48,693 nucleotides of DNA from an uncultured Devosia sp. GTDB taxonomy: Bacteria > Pseudomonadota > Alphaproteobacteria > Rhizobiales > Devosiaceae. The notes below the pieces were generated by a model. It was not told the DNA's origin, did no database searches, and worked only from the letters and a program-made list of their open reading frames with translations. The stretch lies in contig CAZMVQ010000005.1 of the NCBI GenBank assembly GCA_964569865.1, positions 1-48,693 of the forward strand, given 5' to 3'. The position numbers and the translations under genes are program-made. Each line of letters opens with the position of its first letter. The stretch's first letter is position 1. Shown here piece after piece: positions 31,123-40,750 of the stretch.

Positions 31123-32529
31123 ATGGCGGAACAGTTTGACGTAACAATTATTGGCACAGGGCCGGGGGGCTATGTTTGTGCCATTCGAGCAGCGCAATTG
31201 GGCATGAAAGTTGCGGTAGTGGAAAAATGGGCCAATCACGGGGGTACCTGTTTGAATGTGGGCTGCATACCATCCAAGGCCTTGTTGCATGCCAGTGAAA
31301 TGTTTGCCGAAGCCGGGCATAATTTTGATGAACTTGGTATTGATATTGATGGCCCGCGCTTAAATTTGCCCCAGATGCTGGCCCATAAAGACAAGGTGGT
31401 TGAGGGCAATGTGACCGGGATCACCTATCTGTTCAAGAAGAACAAGATATCCGTCTTTAAGGGTATCGGTTCCATTGCCGGAGCTGGGCAAGTGATTGTC
31501 ACGCCGGAAAAAGGGGCGGCTAAAACCATATCCAGCAAAAACATCATCATCGCCACCGGTTCTGTCAGTGCCAATCTCAAGGGCATTGAAATTGATGAAA
31601 AACAGGTGGTTTCTTCAACCGGGGCGCTCGAGCTTTCAAAAGTTCCCGAGCATCTTTTGGTGGTTGGTGCCGGAGTGATCGGGCTGGAGCTTGGCTCGGT
31701 CTGGGCGCGTCTTGGGGCAAAAGTTACGGTGGTGGAATATCTGGATCACATCCTTCCCGGTATTGATGGGGAGGTAGCCAAGCAATTCAAGCGCATGCTG
31801 GGCAAGCAGGGCTTTACCTTCAAGCTGGGTAGTAAAGTTACTGGAATTGAAAAAAATGCCAAGGGTCTAAAAGTTTCTGTGGAACCGGCAGCGGGTGGTG
31901 AAAACCAGGTTTTGGAATGCGATATCGCATTGGTGGCCATCGGTCGGGTTCCCTTTACGCAAGGGCTGGGGCTCGAGATTGTCGGGGTGGAAACCGATGA
32001 GCGCGGACGGGTTAAGACTGATGGTAATTATCAGAGCAATGTGGCCGGAATTTATGCAATTGGCGATGTGATTAAAGGCCCGATGCTGGCCCACAAGGCT
32101 GAAGATGAGGGCATTGCACTGGCCGAAATTCTGGCCGGTCAGGCCGGGCATGTAAATTATGATGTCATTCCGGGGGTGGTTTATACTAGTCCTGAAATTG
32201 CCTCGGTGGGCAAAACCGAAGAAGAGCTGAAACAAGCGGGGATTGAATATAAAATTGGCAAATTCCCCTTTTCTGCCAACGGGCGGGCCAAGGCTATGCT
32301 GGCCCCTCAGGGCTTCGTAAAAATTCTTGCGGATGTTAAAACCGACAGAGTGCTTGGCGGGCATATTGTTGGCAAGGGGGCCGGTGAAATGATCCACGAA
32401 ATCGCCGTTCTGATGGAATTTTCAGGCGCTGCGGAAGATCTGGTGCGCACCTGTCATGCCCATCCCAATATGTCAGAGGCCGTGCGCGAAGCGGCAATGG
32501 CCTGTGGCGATGGCGCAATTCATATGTAG
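31123..32529 (+). CDS. lpdA: Dihydrolipoyl dehydrogenase (E3)
   Basis: 468 aa. It has GTGPGGY, the redox disulfide [13 protein letters not shown], and a C-terminal HAHPNMSE motif. Confidence 0.97.
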   Translation: MAEQFDVTIIGTGPGGYVCAIRAAQLGMKVAVVEKWANHGGTCLNVGCIPSKALLHASEMFAEAGHNFDELGIDIDGPRLNLPQMLAHKDKVVEGNVTGITYLFKKNKISVFKGIGSIAGAGQVIVTPEKGAAKTISSKNIIIATGSVSANLKGIEIDEKQVVSSTGALELSKVPEHLLVVGAGVIGLELGSVWARLGAKVTVVEYLDHILPGIDGEVAKQFKRMLGKQGFTFKLGSKVTGIEKNAKGLKVSVEPAAGGENQVLECDIALVAIGRVPFTQGLGLEIVGVETDERGRVKTDGNYQSNVAGIYAIGDVIKGPMLAHKAEDEGIALAEILAGQAGHVNYDVIPGVVYTSPEIASVGKTEEELKQAGIEYKIGKFPFSANGRAKAMLAPQGFVKILADVKTDRVLGGHIVGKGAGEMIHEIAVLMEFSGAAEDLVRTCHAHPNMSEAVREAAMACGDGAIHM

Positions 32530-32562
32530 TTGGTTCAATCAAAACATAAAACGCTCTGGAAT

Positions 32563-32603
32563 AAAAAAAGCCGGAACCTTTTAGCAAGGTTCCGGCTTTT
32601 TTG
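32563..32603. terminator. Bidirectional rho-independent terminator
   Basis: It reads aaaaaaAGCCGGAACCTTttagcAAGGTTCCGGCTttttt. The stem is a perfect 12-13 bp, flanked by an A-run and a T-run. It lies between the convergent lpdA and repeat-protein genes. Confidence 0.88.
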
Positions 32604-32621
32604 TGATTATTATAACTGGTG

Positions 32622-35600
32622 CTAAATCAGAGTTATATTACCGTTTTCAAACAGGGTTTGACAATCTGTAGCATCCTTTAAGAGGTTAAGCGGCGATAGA
32701 GGAGAAGGGGCTGATCCTGGTCCGGCAAAGCGGGGGTCGTCACATTCCCCATCATTGGCCCAGACGCTTGTATCATCGCCAAAATTCAATTCTCCCTCGG
32801 TAGAAGTGGAGGGTAGAGTTGTAGTTTCAACTGCGGGTTGGTCAGTTTCTAATTGTCCACTACCCTGTACCAGTCGAATTTGACCCTGCTGAAAAAGTGC
32901 TGAGCAATCCGTGGCATCGCGGCCCAGATCGTCGTCAAGTAAAGTGCTCGCTACGCCCGGCCCGGCAAAGCGAGGGTCATCGCACTCGCCATCATTGGCC
33001 CAGCTGCTGGAATCATCGCCAAAGTCGATTGCCGAAGTCGAAGGAGCAGGCGATGAAGATCCAGCCTTTGGTTTTCCGGTTGCTACAATTTCGGTGCCGA
33101 ATTCTATCTGGCCAATTTCAAAAAGCATGCGACAATCCACGGCGTCGTGGCCCAGATCATCGTCTAAAAGGATTTCAGCTGAACCCAGCCCAAAAAAGCG
33201 GGGGTCATCACATTCCCCATCATTGGCCCACTCTGAGGAATTGTCGCCATAGGCAATGGCGGCCAGTGTTGTATCAACGGGAAGCAAATAGAGTTGACCG
33301 GTGCGATATAGGGAGCTGCAATCGGCAGCGTCCTTGAACAAATTTTCTTCAGTGGAGCTGCCCGCTGCACCCGGCCCTGCAAATCTAAGATCATCACACT
33401 CGTTATCATTGGCCCATTCGGAGGTGTTTTCTCCAAAATCTAACTGCCCATCCGCCACGAAAAATACCTTGCCACGCTCAAATGCTGTGCGACAGTCGGT
33501 GGCGTCTTTGAACATGTCTTCATCCAAAAGTACGTCGGCCATAGCTTTGCCGCCAAATCGTGGATCATCACATTCATCATCATTGGCCCATTCAGAGCTG
33601 TCATCGCCAAAGCTGACAACCAAATCGCCGACAAAAGAAATTTCAGCGCTTGCAAATAGGGCGCGGCAATCAGTGGCATCGCGTCCAATATCTTCAGTTA
33701 GCAAAACCGGATCGGTTCCCGGCCCGCCAAATCTTTGGTCGTCACAAATACCATTATTGGCATAGTCAGAGCTGTCATCACCAAAATCGAAACTATTGGC
33801 ATGAACAGCTTTTATGGAGGATATGGATTTAAGCGAAGAACTTTCGGCTAACTCCAACTGCCCGGCTTCAAAAAGGGTGCGGCAATCGGTGGCATCGCGT
33901 TCACGATCTGCAACATCCATATTGTCGGCGGCACCCGGCCCGGCAAAGCGGGGATCGTCACATTCCCCGTCATTGGCCCAGCGCGAACTATCGTTGCCCC
34001 AGACAATTCCCGAGGAACCGGCACTGTCAGAGGGATTGTTTTCTACATTTCCCTGGTCGGGGGCGGCATCATATTGCACAGAAGCCGGATCAATTATGCC
34101 CAAAACTCCACCAACATAATCAATTTGTCCTGATTGCACCAACATCTGACAATCGGAAGCGTCACGGCCAAAATTCCTGGGATCCAGTTTGATTGCAGAG
34201 CCCGGTCCGGCAAATCGTGGATCGTCACACTCCCCGTCATTGGCCCACTCGGAACTGTCATCACCATAATCCACGTTGGCGCCGGTTATGATTTCAACCT
34301 TGCCTTCATCAACCAGATTTTTACAGTCGGTGGCATCACGGCCCAGATCTGTTGCGTCTAACTGAGAGGCCATACCAATGCCCATAAAGCGTGGATCGTC
34401 GCATTCTCCGTCATTGGCCCAGCGGCTGGTATTATTGCCAAAATAGGTATCCTGTTGCGCGGGCGTTGAATCGGTAGAGGCAATCAAATAGATTTCACCG
34501 CTTTCAAATAGTTGGCGACAATCGGTTGCATCACGGCCCAGATCTTCGTCAAGCAGAACTGATGCAACTCCGGGTCCGGCAAAGCGGGGGTCATCACACT
34601 CCCCGTCATTGGCATATTGATTACTGTCATCCCCAAAATCTATGGAAGCGGAATTCAAGCCAGTTGAAACGGTTTGGTCCTGGGGCTGGTAATCGGCCGC
34701 CAGATAGATTTGTCCACTCTGATAAAGGGTAAGACAATCAGTGGCATCGCGAGCCAGATCCTCGTCAAGCAATAATGAAGCTGTACCCTCGCCGGCAAAG
34801 CGTGGATCATCACATTCCCCATCATTGGCCCATTCGGAGCTGTCATCACCAAAATCGACGGAAGCAACGGCGGTGGTTTCGGTGCTTTTTACCAGGGAAA
34901 TGGATCCGGCCTGATAAAGGGTAACACAATCGGTGGCGTCATGCTCCAGATCATCATCAACAAGTTCTGTTGCCATGCCGGTGCCTGCAAAGCGGGGATC
35001 ATCACATTCTTCATCATTGGCCCACTGGCTGGTATTATCACCAAATAATATGCCATCGAAATCTATGATTTCCATGTTCGGGTCATCGCCCAAATATTGA
35101 ACTTGTCCAGCCAGAAACAGGGATTTGCAATCGTTGGCGTCACGGCCAATATCTTCATCCAGTAATAATTCATCGGTGCCCGATCCGCCAAAGCGCGGGT
35201 CGTCACAAATGTCATTATCTGCCCAGTCGCTGGTATTGGAGCCGAAATTAATATCGTCCACAATATCGGCCGGATCAGGCTTTAGAATTATATCACCAGC
35301 CAGAAAAAGCGTGGAACAATCCTGAGCATCGCGCCCCGTATCACCTTCCACCATATCAACTGCGGTGCCTATGCCAATAAATCGCGTGTCATCACATTCA
35401 CCATCATTGGCCCATGCGGAGGTATTGCTGCCAAAATCAATGCCTTCAACAATCAGGCTTTGTTGCTGGTCTTTTATACCTTTTATCTGGGCCGTCGCCG
35501 GACCTATAAAAAATGCAAGAGAGGCAATCAAACCAGCAATTACAGGGGCAGTAATTCGAGCGGCGGTAAATCTAGCGGGTATTGAAGTTTTCCCGCGCCT

Positions 35601-35666
35601 AAATCTATTGAACAAGCTCACAGACATTTCCTCCGGGTTGACTTTGTTTTTTAGTAGCCTGGCCAA
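32622..35666 (-). CDS. Large secreted acidic repeat protein (14 copies of a Cys-pair repeat of unknown family)
   Basis: 1014-aa ORF. The start is TTG 35666 or ATG 35627. It has a hydrophobic signal segment (APVIAGLIASLAFFIGPATA|Q). Fourteen repeats follow, with consensus [IV]DFGDDSSEWANDGECDDPRFAGPG.A..LLDEDLGRDATDC..L...G.I. Confidence 0.85.
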   Translation of the reverse strand: MARLLKNKVNPEEMSVSLFNRFRRGKTSIPARFTAARITAPVIAGLIASLAFFIGPATAQIKGIKDQQQSLIVEGIDFGSNTSAWANDGECDDTRFIGIGTAVDMVEGDTGRDAQDCSTLFLAGDIILKPDPADIVDDINFGSNTSDWADNDICDDPRFGGSGTDELLLDEDIGRDANDCKSLFLAGQVQYLGDDPNMEIIDFDGILFGDNTSQWANDEECDDPRFAGTGMATELVDDDLEHDATDCVTLYQAGSISLVKSTETTAVASVDFGDDSSEWANDGECDDPRFAGEGTASLLLDEDLARDATDCLTLYQSGQIYLAADYQPQDQTVSTGLNSASIDFGDDSNQYANDGECDDPRFAGPGVASVLLDEDLGRDATDCRQLFESGEIYLIASTDSTPAQQDTYFGNNTSRWANDGECDDPRFMGIGMASQLDATDLGRDATDCKNLVDEGKVEIITGANVDYGDDSSEWANDGECDDPRFAGPGSAIKLDPRNFGRDASDCQMLVQSGQIDYVGGVLGIIDPASVQYDAAPDQGNVENNPSDSAGSSGIVWGNDSSRWANDGECDDPRFAGPGAADNMDVADRERDATDCRTLFEAGQLELAESSSLKSISSIKAVHANSFDFGDDSSDYANNGICDDQRFGGPGTDPVLLTEDIGRDATDCRALFASAEISFVGDLVVSFGDDSSEWANDDECDDPRFGGKAMADVLLDEDMFKDATDCRTAFERGKVFFVADGQLDFGENTSEWANDNECDDLRFAGPGAAGSSTEENLFKDAADCSSLYRTGQLYLLPVDTTLAAIAYGDNSSEWANDGECDDPRFFGLGSAEILLDDDLGHDAVDCRMLFEIGQIEFGTEIVATGKPKAGSSSPAPSTSAIDFGDDSSSWANDGECDDPRFAGPGVASTLLDDDLGRDATDCSALFQQGQIRLVQGSGQLETDQPAVETTTLPSTSTEGELNFGDDTSVWANDGECDDPRFAGPGSAPSPLSPLNLLKDATDCQTLFENGNITLI
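32625..35441 (-). repeat. Intragenic array of 14 diverged ~58-90-codon repeats
   Basis: The DNA core ggrtcrtcacaytcnccrtcattggccca recurs along the + strand. Protein repeat boundaries were assigned by eye, from aa 76 to the C-terminus. Confidence 0.85.
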
Positions 35667-35817
35667 TTGCCACTGGTTTTTGTCAAATTGTTGTCGTGTA
35701 TGTATTTATCGAAATTACAATGTCAAAAAAAAATATAGATGACAATGGCAACAGTTCATTTGAAGTTATGCAACACGGTAATATCAATGGCTTTTGATGC
35801 AAGTGAATAATGAATTG

Positions 35818-36783
35818 TTAATGCCGTGTTGATGCTGATTTGCCTGTTTTGTTTGCGGCTGCCTCTATGCGAGTGAATGCAAAAATTCCAATCAGGACCA
35901 TGGCAGCTCCCATTGCGTGCCAGATGCTAAAAACCTCTCCAAGAATGCCCACTGCCAAAGCAATGGTGACAAGGGGGGAAATATTGCCAATAACCGCAGT
36001 GGCCTGCGCCCCGATCATGCCGATGGCAGTGGCAATCAGGTAGGCGGGTAAAACCGTTGAAACAGTGCCCATGGCCAGCATCAGCCACATGGCGTATTGA
36101 GAAACCATCAGTTCGCTTACGGGGTTGGTGAGGGCAAACTGGATCATAACAACTATTCCGGCCGCGCTCATGGCAATTGAGGTAAACAGTCTTGCCCCCA
36201 TCTCATCAATCAGCGGTTTGGCAAGAATTTGATAGATCGCATAGGCAATGGCCGCGCCAAGCACCAGCAGTGACCCGATGATTACCCCCGACCCGTCAAT
36301 GCCCAGATCGCGCCAAAAAATCAGACCAAGTCCAAAATAACTCAACAGCAGCGAGGCGATAAGTTTTACGCTTAAGGGACGTCGATAAATGGCAGCACTT
36401 ATTAGCACCACGAAAATTGGCGAAGTCATCAAAATCAGCCGGTCGAGCTGGGCGGTGATATATTCAAGCCCTGCGAAATCCAGATACGAGGCCAGATAAT
36501 AACCGATGGTTCCCACCCCGATGGTTTTGAGAATTGAAGCTCGCGGCACATGAAAATCAGGGTTTTTAAGTTTTCTGCTGCGATAACCAAGCCAGCCGAT
36601 CAGTGCAAAAACCGGAACCGCAATAATCATGCGCCATGTAAGCGTGGTTAATGCGCCAACCCCCTCCATCAGGGCAAGTTTGATTACTATGCCTTTGGTG
36701 GCGAAAAACGAAGCACCAAGAGCGCCAACAAAATATCCCGCAAGGGGATGAATAGTGGCTGATTTTATCAGCGATTTTAACAT
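35818..36783 (-). CDS. EamA/DMT-family permease
   Basis: About 321 aa from ATG 36783 (the track ORF starts at TTG 36795). It has ten hydrophobic segments and a duplicated EamA architecture. Confidence 0.85.
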   Translation of the reverse strand: MLKSLIKSATIHPLAGYFVGALGASFFATKGIVIKLALMEGVGALTTLTWRMIIAVPVFALIGWLGYRSRKLKNPDFHVPRASILKTIGVGTIGYYLASYLDFAGLEYITAQLDRLILMTSPIFVVLISAAIYRRPLSVKLIASLLLSYFGLGLIFWRDLGIDGSGVIIGSLLVLGAAIAYAIYQILAKPLIDEMGARLFTSIAMSAAGIVVMIQFALTNPVSELMVSQYAMWLMLAMGTVSTVLPAYLIATAIGMIGAQATAVIGNISPLVTIALAVGILGEVFSIWHAMGAAMVLIGIFAFTRIEAAANKTGKSASTRH

Positions 36784-36938
36784 GATTTGTGGCAATTCAG
36801 CTGGCTTATAAAAGATCAGGCAAGCATATTTGCTTTTAAAAAAAAGCCTGTGGGCATTGGCGTTGTAGTCAGGCCGAATTAACTTAACAATTACAACGCC
36901 AAAGCCGCTATAATGGCCAAGGCTATGCCCTTAGATCT

Positions 36939-37373
36939 CTATCGCAGATATATAGATCCCGCCTGATAAAGCGAGCGACAATCAGAAGCGTCACGATGTC
37001 TGTCCTCGTCCAGCAGCACATCAGCCATTCCTCTTCCGCCAAAACGTGGATCGTCACATTCCCCGTCATAGGCCCACTCTGACGAATTGTTGCCAAAATC
37101 AATTCCGCCTTTAGAATTGCCGCCAAGCTGATAAATCATCCCTTTGTTAAGAAGGTTACGGCAGTCTTGAGCATCGCGGCCAATATCTTCATCTAGAAGC
37201 ACATCAGCCATTCCTCTTCCACCAAAGCGTGGATCGTCACATTCCCCGTCATAGGCCCATTCTGATGAATTGTTGCCAAAATTGATATCAGAGGCGAAAG
37301 AATAGGGGGTAGCGAAAGAAATAATTGCCAGAATCAGCAAAGCGGCGCGAACCGGATTTTTCCACATATACAT
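36939..37373 (-). CDS. Small secreted two-repeat paralog of the large repeat protein
   Basis: ATG 37373 has GGGAGA 10 nt upstream. It has a signal peptide (MYMWKNPVRAALLILAIISFATPYSFA|SD). Two copies of FGNNSSEWAYDGECDDPRFGGRGMADVLLDED..RDA.DC follow. The track ORF (to 37832) runs into xerC and was trimmed. Confidence 0.75.
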   Translation of the reverse strand: MYMWKNPVRAALLILAIISFATPYSFASDINFGNNSSEWAYDGECDDPRFGGRGMADVLLDEDIGRDAQDCRNLLNKGMIYQLGGNSKGGIDFGNNSSEWAYDGECDDPRFGGRGMADVLLDEDRHRDASDCRSLYQAGSIYLR

Positions 37374-37491
37374 AATATGTTGGTCTCCCAAACTGTTTTG
37401 CCCCACGCATTCTTCAAAAGATAACACATTGGTGTGGAGCCGGTCCAGTCGTATAAAACTCAGACAATCGCCCGGCTTAAGTCTGTGTAAT

Positions 37492-38421
37492 TTAAGCTCT
37501 TGGGTGAGCTTTTTGAAACTCTGCCAACAGATGCTCTGTGTCAACCTGAGTATAGATCTGGGTGCTTGAAAGTGAAGAGTGTCCCAAAAGTTCCTGAATG
37601 GTGCGCAAGTCGCCGCCATTGCCCAAAAGATGGGTGGCAAAAGAATGGCGCAAAGCATGGGGAGATGCCGATGGGGGCAGGCCGAGAGCCGAGCGCAATT
37701 GCACCATGCGCTGCTGAATAAGTCTTGGGGAAAGAGGGCCGCCGCGTACTCCGCGAAATATGGGGTCAGACGGTTTAAGATCAAAAGGACAGGCTTTGAG
37801 ATATTCTTCAATTGCGTTTTGAACCGAGGCAATTATGGGCACTATGCGGATTTTTGAGCCCTTGCCGCTAACCCTGATTGAAGCGCTATCAAGGTCGTTT
37901 GCTGAAATGGCAAGCGCCTCGGCAATGCGCAAACCTGCCCCATAACATAAGGCAAGCACCGCCATATCGCGGGCGGCAACCCAGGGGCGCTGTTCCAGAT
38001 TTTTGGTCATCGTGATGGTATCAAGCGCCTCGTTAGCGGTTAAGGGTTTGGGCAGGGAACGGGGGATTTTTGGTGAATTTATCAGATATAAAACCTGATT
38101 TGAAAGCAATCCAAGTCGCTCCAGATGAGAGAAGAAATTTTTCATGGCACTTAACTGACGAGCAAGCGAGCGGGTGCCAACACCATTATTGCGGCGCATG
38201 GCCATGAAAGCACGAACATCGCTTGTTTGGAGGTTCTCCAATGCATCAATGCTTACCACATCTCCTAGATGGGTAGCTAAAAACGAAGTGAACTGGGCCA
38301 GATCGCGCCGGTAAGAAACAAGGGTTTTGGGCGATAAACGCCGTTGACTGCCCAGAGTTTCAAGCCAGTCAATAATCCGGGTTTTGCAATTATCATCACA
38401 GGAAAAGTTAAAATCAGCCAT
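37492..38421 (-). CDS. xerC: Tyrosine recombinase XerC/XerD family (site-specific chromosome dimer resolution)
   Basis: ATG 38421 gives 309 aa. It has the catalytic residues in context (ARD..., HALRHSFATHLL, LGHSSLSSTQIYTQV) and a C-terminal HPRA. The xerC call rests on its position next to priA/atp, as in Rhizobiales (from memory). XerD is not excluded. Confidence 0.85.
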   Translation of the reverse strand: MADFNFSCDDNCKTRIIDWLETLGSQRRLSPKTLVSYRRDLAQFTSFLATHLGDVVSIDALENLQTSDVRAFMAMRRNNGVGTRSLARQLSAMKNFFSHLERLGLLSNQVLYLINSPKIPRSLPKPLTANEALDTITMTKNLEQRPWVAARDMAVLALCYGAGLRIAEALAISANDLDSASIRVSGKGSKIRIVPIIASVQNAIEEYLKACPFDLKPSDPIFRGVRGGPLSPRLIQQRMVQLRSALGLPPSASPHALRHSFATHLLGNGGDLRTIQELLGHSSLSSTQIYTQVDTEHLLAEFQKAHPRA

Positions 38422-38548
38422 GCTGAAAGTATAGAGCAAAAGTTTTAAGGAAAGTTTTTTGAATTGGTCGATCTGAGTTTTGAGCAGGTCAAGATGGTCT
38501 GCCAGAATCGCCCTTGCCAGAATCGCCCCAATACCTAAGTTTAAAAAC

Positions 38549-40750
38549 ATGAATTATACGGCAATAAAATTTGTGCCCGGTGACATAGTAAGTGTGATGG
38601 TGGCGGTGGCGGTTGATCGGGCCTATTCCTACAAGGTGCCTTTGGGCATGGAGGTCAAGCGTGGCTCAATCGTTATGGTTGCTTTGGGACCAAGACCAAC
38701 TCTTGGAGTGGTCTGGGGAGCGCCTGAAGATCAGCAGGCCCATAATCGGCTCAAGGATATTGAGCATTGTTTTGATGTTAATCCCCTAAGCGAAGAATTG
38801 ATGAAACTGGTCGATTGGGTGGCGCGCTATACATTGGCCAAGCCGGGCATGGTGCTGCGAGGGGTATTGCGCTCAAAAGAGGCGCTTGATCCACCCAAAC
38901 CAATTATTGGCTATACCTATAGCGGCATTACCCCCGAGAGAATGAGCAATGCCCGCTCACGAGTGCTGGAGATTTTTACCCGCGATGAAGGGGCCGCCAA
39001 TATCGCATGGCCAAAATCAGCTTTAATCGGGGAAAGCTCGGTTTCGGCCTCGGTAATTGAGGGACTGGTTAAAGTTGGCTCGTTGAGCAAAGTTGAATTG
39101 CCACCTGCAAGGGCATATGAGGCTCCTGATGTTGATTTCTCCAGTTCAGACCTCAACCCCCATCAAAAAAAGGCACTTGCAGAAATCAGGGCGGCTAATA
39201 AAGAGGGGAAAAATACCGTACTTTTGGACGGGGTAACTGGCTCTGGCAAAACCCGGATATTTTTTGAAGCCGTTGCTGATGTTTTGGATCAAAACAAACA
39301 GATATTGATCCTGTTGCCTGAAATCGCCTTAACCCAGTCTTTTGTCGACAGGTTCGCCGAGCGCTTTGGCACCAAGCCGGCCCAATGGCATTCCGATGTT
39401 ACGCCGGCCCAGCGGGCAAAAGTTTGGCGCGGGGTGTTAAATGGTGATGTCAGGGCCGTGCTTGGCGCGCGCTCAGCGCTGTTTTTGCCCTTTAGTGAGC
39501 TTGGCCTGATAGTGCTGGATGAAGAGCATGACGGGGCATTCAAGCAATCAGACGGGGTGAATTATCATGCCCGAGACATGGCCGTGGTCAGGGCATCTTT
39601 GGCCGGGGCCAAGGTTATTCTTTCTTCAGCCACCCCGTCGGTGGAAAGTCGCAACAATGCCAATGAGGGGCGCTATGGCCATGTGTTGATAAAACAGCGC
39701 CATAAGGATGCCAAACTACCCGATATTAAAACCATAGACATGCGTAGCGAGGGGCCGGAAAAAGGCTCATGGATTGCTCCGGAACTGGCGCGGGAGATTT
39801 TTGCCACCATCGATAAGGGCGAGCAGGTTTTGCTGTTTCTCAACCGGCGCGGATATGCACCGCTAACCGTGTGTCGCTCGTGCGGGCATCAATATCAATG
39901 CGCTGATTGCTCGGCATGGCTGGTGGAGCACAGATTTTTGGGCAAGCTGGCCTGTCATTATTGCGGGCATGAGATTGCCACACCATCAGCCTGCGCCAAT
40001 TGCCATGTTGAGGGGTCATTAACGGCAGTTGGACCGGGCATTGAAAGGGTTGCAGAAGAGGCAGCCACTAGATTTCCCGAGGCGCGGCAGGTGATACTTT
40101 CTTCGGACATGGGCAGCAGTGCCCAGATCAGGCAGCGGTTTGGTGAAATTTCCAACGGGGATTATGATCTGATCATCGGCACGCAATTGGTAGCCAAGGG
40201 GCACCATTTTGAAAAACTCACTCTGGTCGGGGTGCTAGATGCCGACCTTGGTTTGGCCCATGGGGACCCGCGAGCGGCAGAAAAAACCTTTCAGCTTTTA
40301 ACTCAGGTAACCGGGAGGGCCGGAAGAGCGGCAAAATCAGGACGGGCATATTTACAGACCTATAATCCCGAGCATGCGGTGATAAAAACCATGATTAATG
40401 GCGATCGCGAGGGGTTTTATGCCCATGAGCTGGAGGTGCGAAAATCCAGCTCCCTGCCTCCCTTTGGGCGTTTGGCGGCGTTGATTATTTCAGCCAGTGA
40501 GCATAGCGAGGCAAAAGCCTATGCACGGCATCTGTTAAGTGCAGCGCCACAAGCAGAAGGGGTGCGGCTTTTTGGACCGGCCGATGCGCCGGTATTATTG
40601 GTACGGGGACGCTATCGGGTTAGAATTCTGGCCCAGAGCGCAAAGCAGTTCGATCTTTCAGGATATGTAAGGTTTTGGCTTGAAGGAGCCAACAAGGCAA
40701 AGGGCAACCTTAGAGTGCAGGTGGATATTGATCCAGTGAGTTTTTATTAG
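38549..40750 (+). CDS. priA: Primosomal protein N' (replication restart helicase)
   Basis: ATG 38549 gives 733 aa. It has a Walker A motif (GVTGSGKT), DEEH, and a Cys-rich zinc region (CRSCGHQYQCADCSAWLVEH...CHYCGH...CANC). Confidence 0.95.
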   Translation: MNYTAIKFVPGDIVSVMVAVAVDRAYSYKVPLGMEVKRGSIVMVALGPRPTLGVVWGAPEDQQAHNRLKDIEHCFDVNPLSEELMKLVDWVARYTLAKPGMVLRGVLRSKEALDPPKPIIGYTYSGITPERMSNARSRVLEIFTRDEGAANIAWPKSALIGESSVSASVIEGLVKVGSLSKVELPPARAYEAPDVDFSSSDLNPHQKKALAEIRAANKEGKNTVLLDGVTGSGKTRIFFEAVADVLDQNKQILILLPEIALTQSFVDRFAERFGTKPAQWHSDVTPAQRAKVWRGVLNGDVRAVLGARSALFLPFSELGLIVLDEEHDGAFKQSDGVNYHARDMAVVRASLAGAKVILSSATPSVESRNNANEGRYGHVLIKQRHKDAKLPDIKTIDMRSEGPEKGSWIAPELAREIFATIDKGEQVLLFLNRRGYAPLTVCRSCGHQYQCADCSAWLVEHRFLGKLACHYCGHEIATPSACANCHVEGSLTAVGPGIERVAEEAATRFPEARQVILSSDMGSSAQIRQRFGEISNGDYDLIIGTQLVAKGHHFEKLTLVGVLDADLGLAHGDPRAAEKTFQLLTQVTGRAGRAAKSGRAYLQTYNPEHAVIKTMINGDREGFYAHELEVRKSSSLPPFGRLAALIISASEHSEAKAYARHLLSAAPQAEGVRLFGPADAPVLLVRGRYRVRILAQSAKQFDLSGYVRFWLEGANKAKGNLRVQVDIDPVSFY

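Noticed and set aside
35580-35666. Twin-arginine (Tat) signal in the repeat protein N-terminus (NRFRRGKTS)
   Set aside because: The sequence does not fit the S/T-R-R-x-F-L-K consensus, since G-K follows the RR. A Sec-type signal is the simpler reading. The true start (TTG 35666 or ATG 35627) is also unresolved.
32897-35742. Several 60-154-aa plus-strand ORFs antisense to the repeat-protein gene
   Set aside because: They are Ser/Pro/Arg-rich mirror images of the repetitive GAT/GAC/GCC-rich coding strand. They have no starts with an SD, and they are periodic only because the sense gene is periodic.
37374-37832. Upstream 153 codons of the 297-aa minus-strand ORF 36939..37832
   Set aside because: This part overlaps the 3' end of xerC in another frame and has no recognisable features. 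A good SD plus ATG at 37373 begins a clean signal peptide, so only 36939..37373 is called.
37492-38421. Tyrosine recombinase as evidence that the neighbouring repeat-protein module is an integrative mobile element
   Set aside because: The gene looks like housekeeping xerC in its conserved position next to priA and atpH. I found no flanking direct repeats, tRNA target, excisionase, transposase or phage genes.
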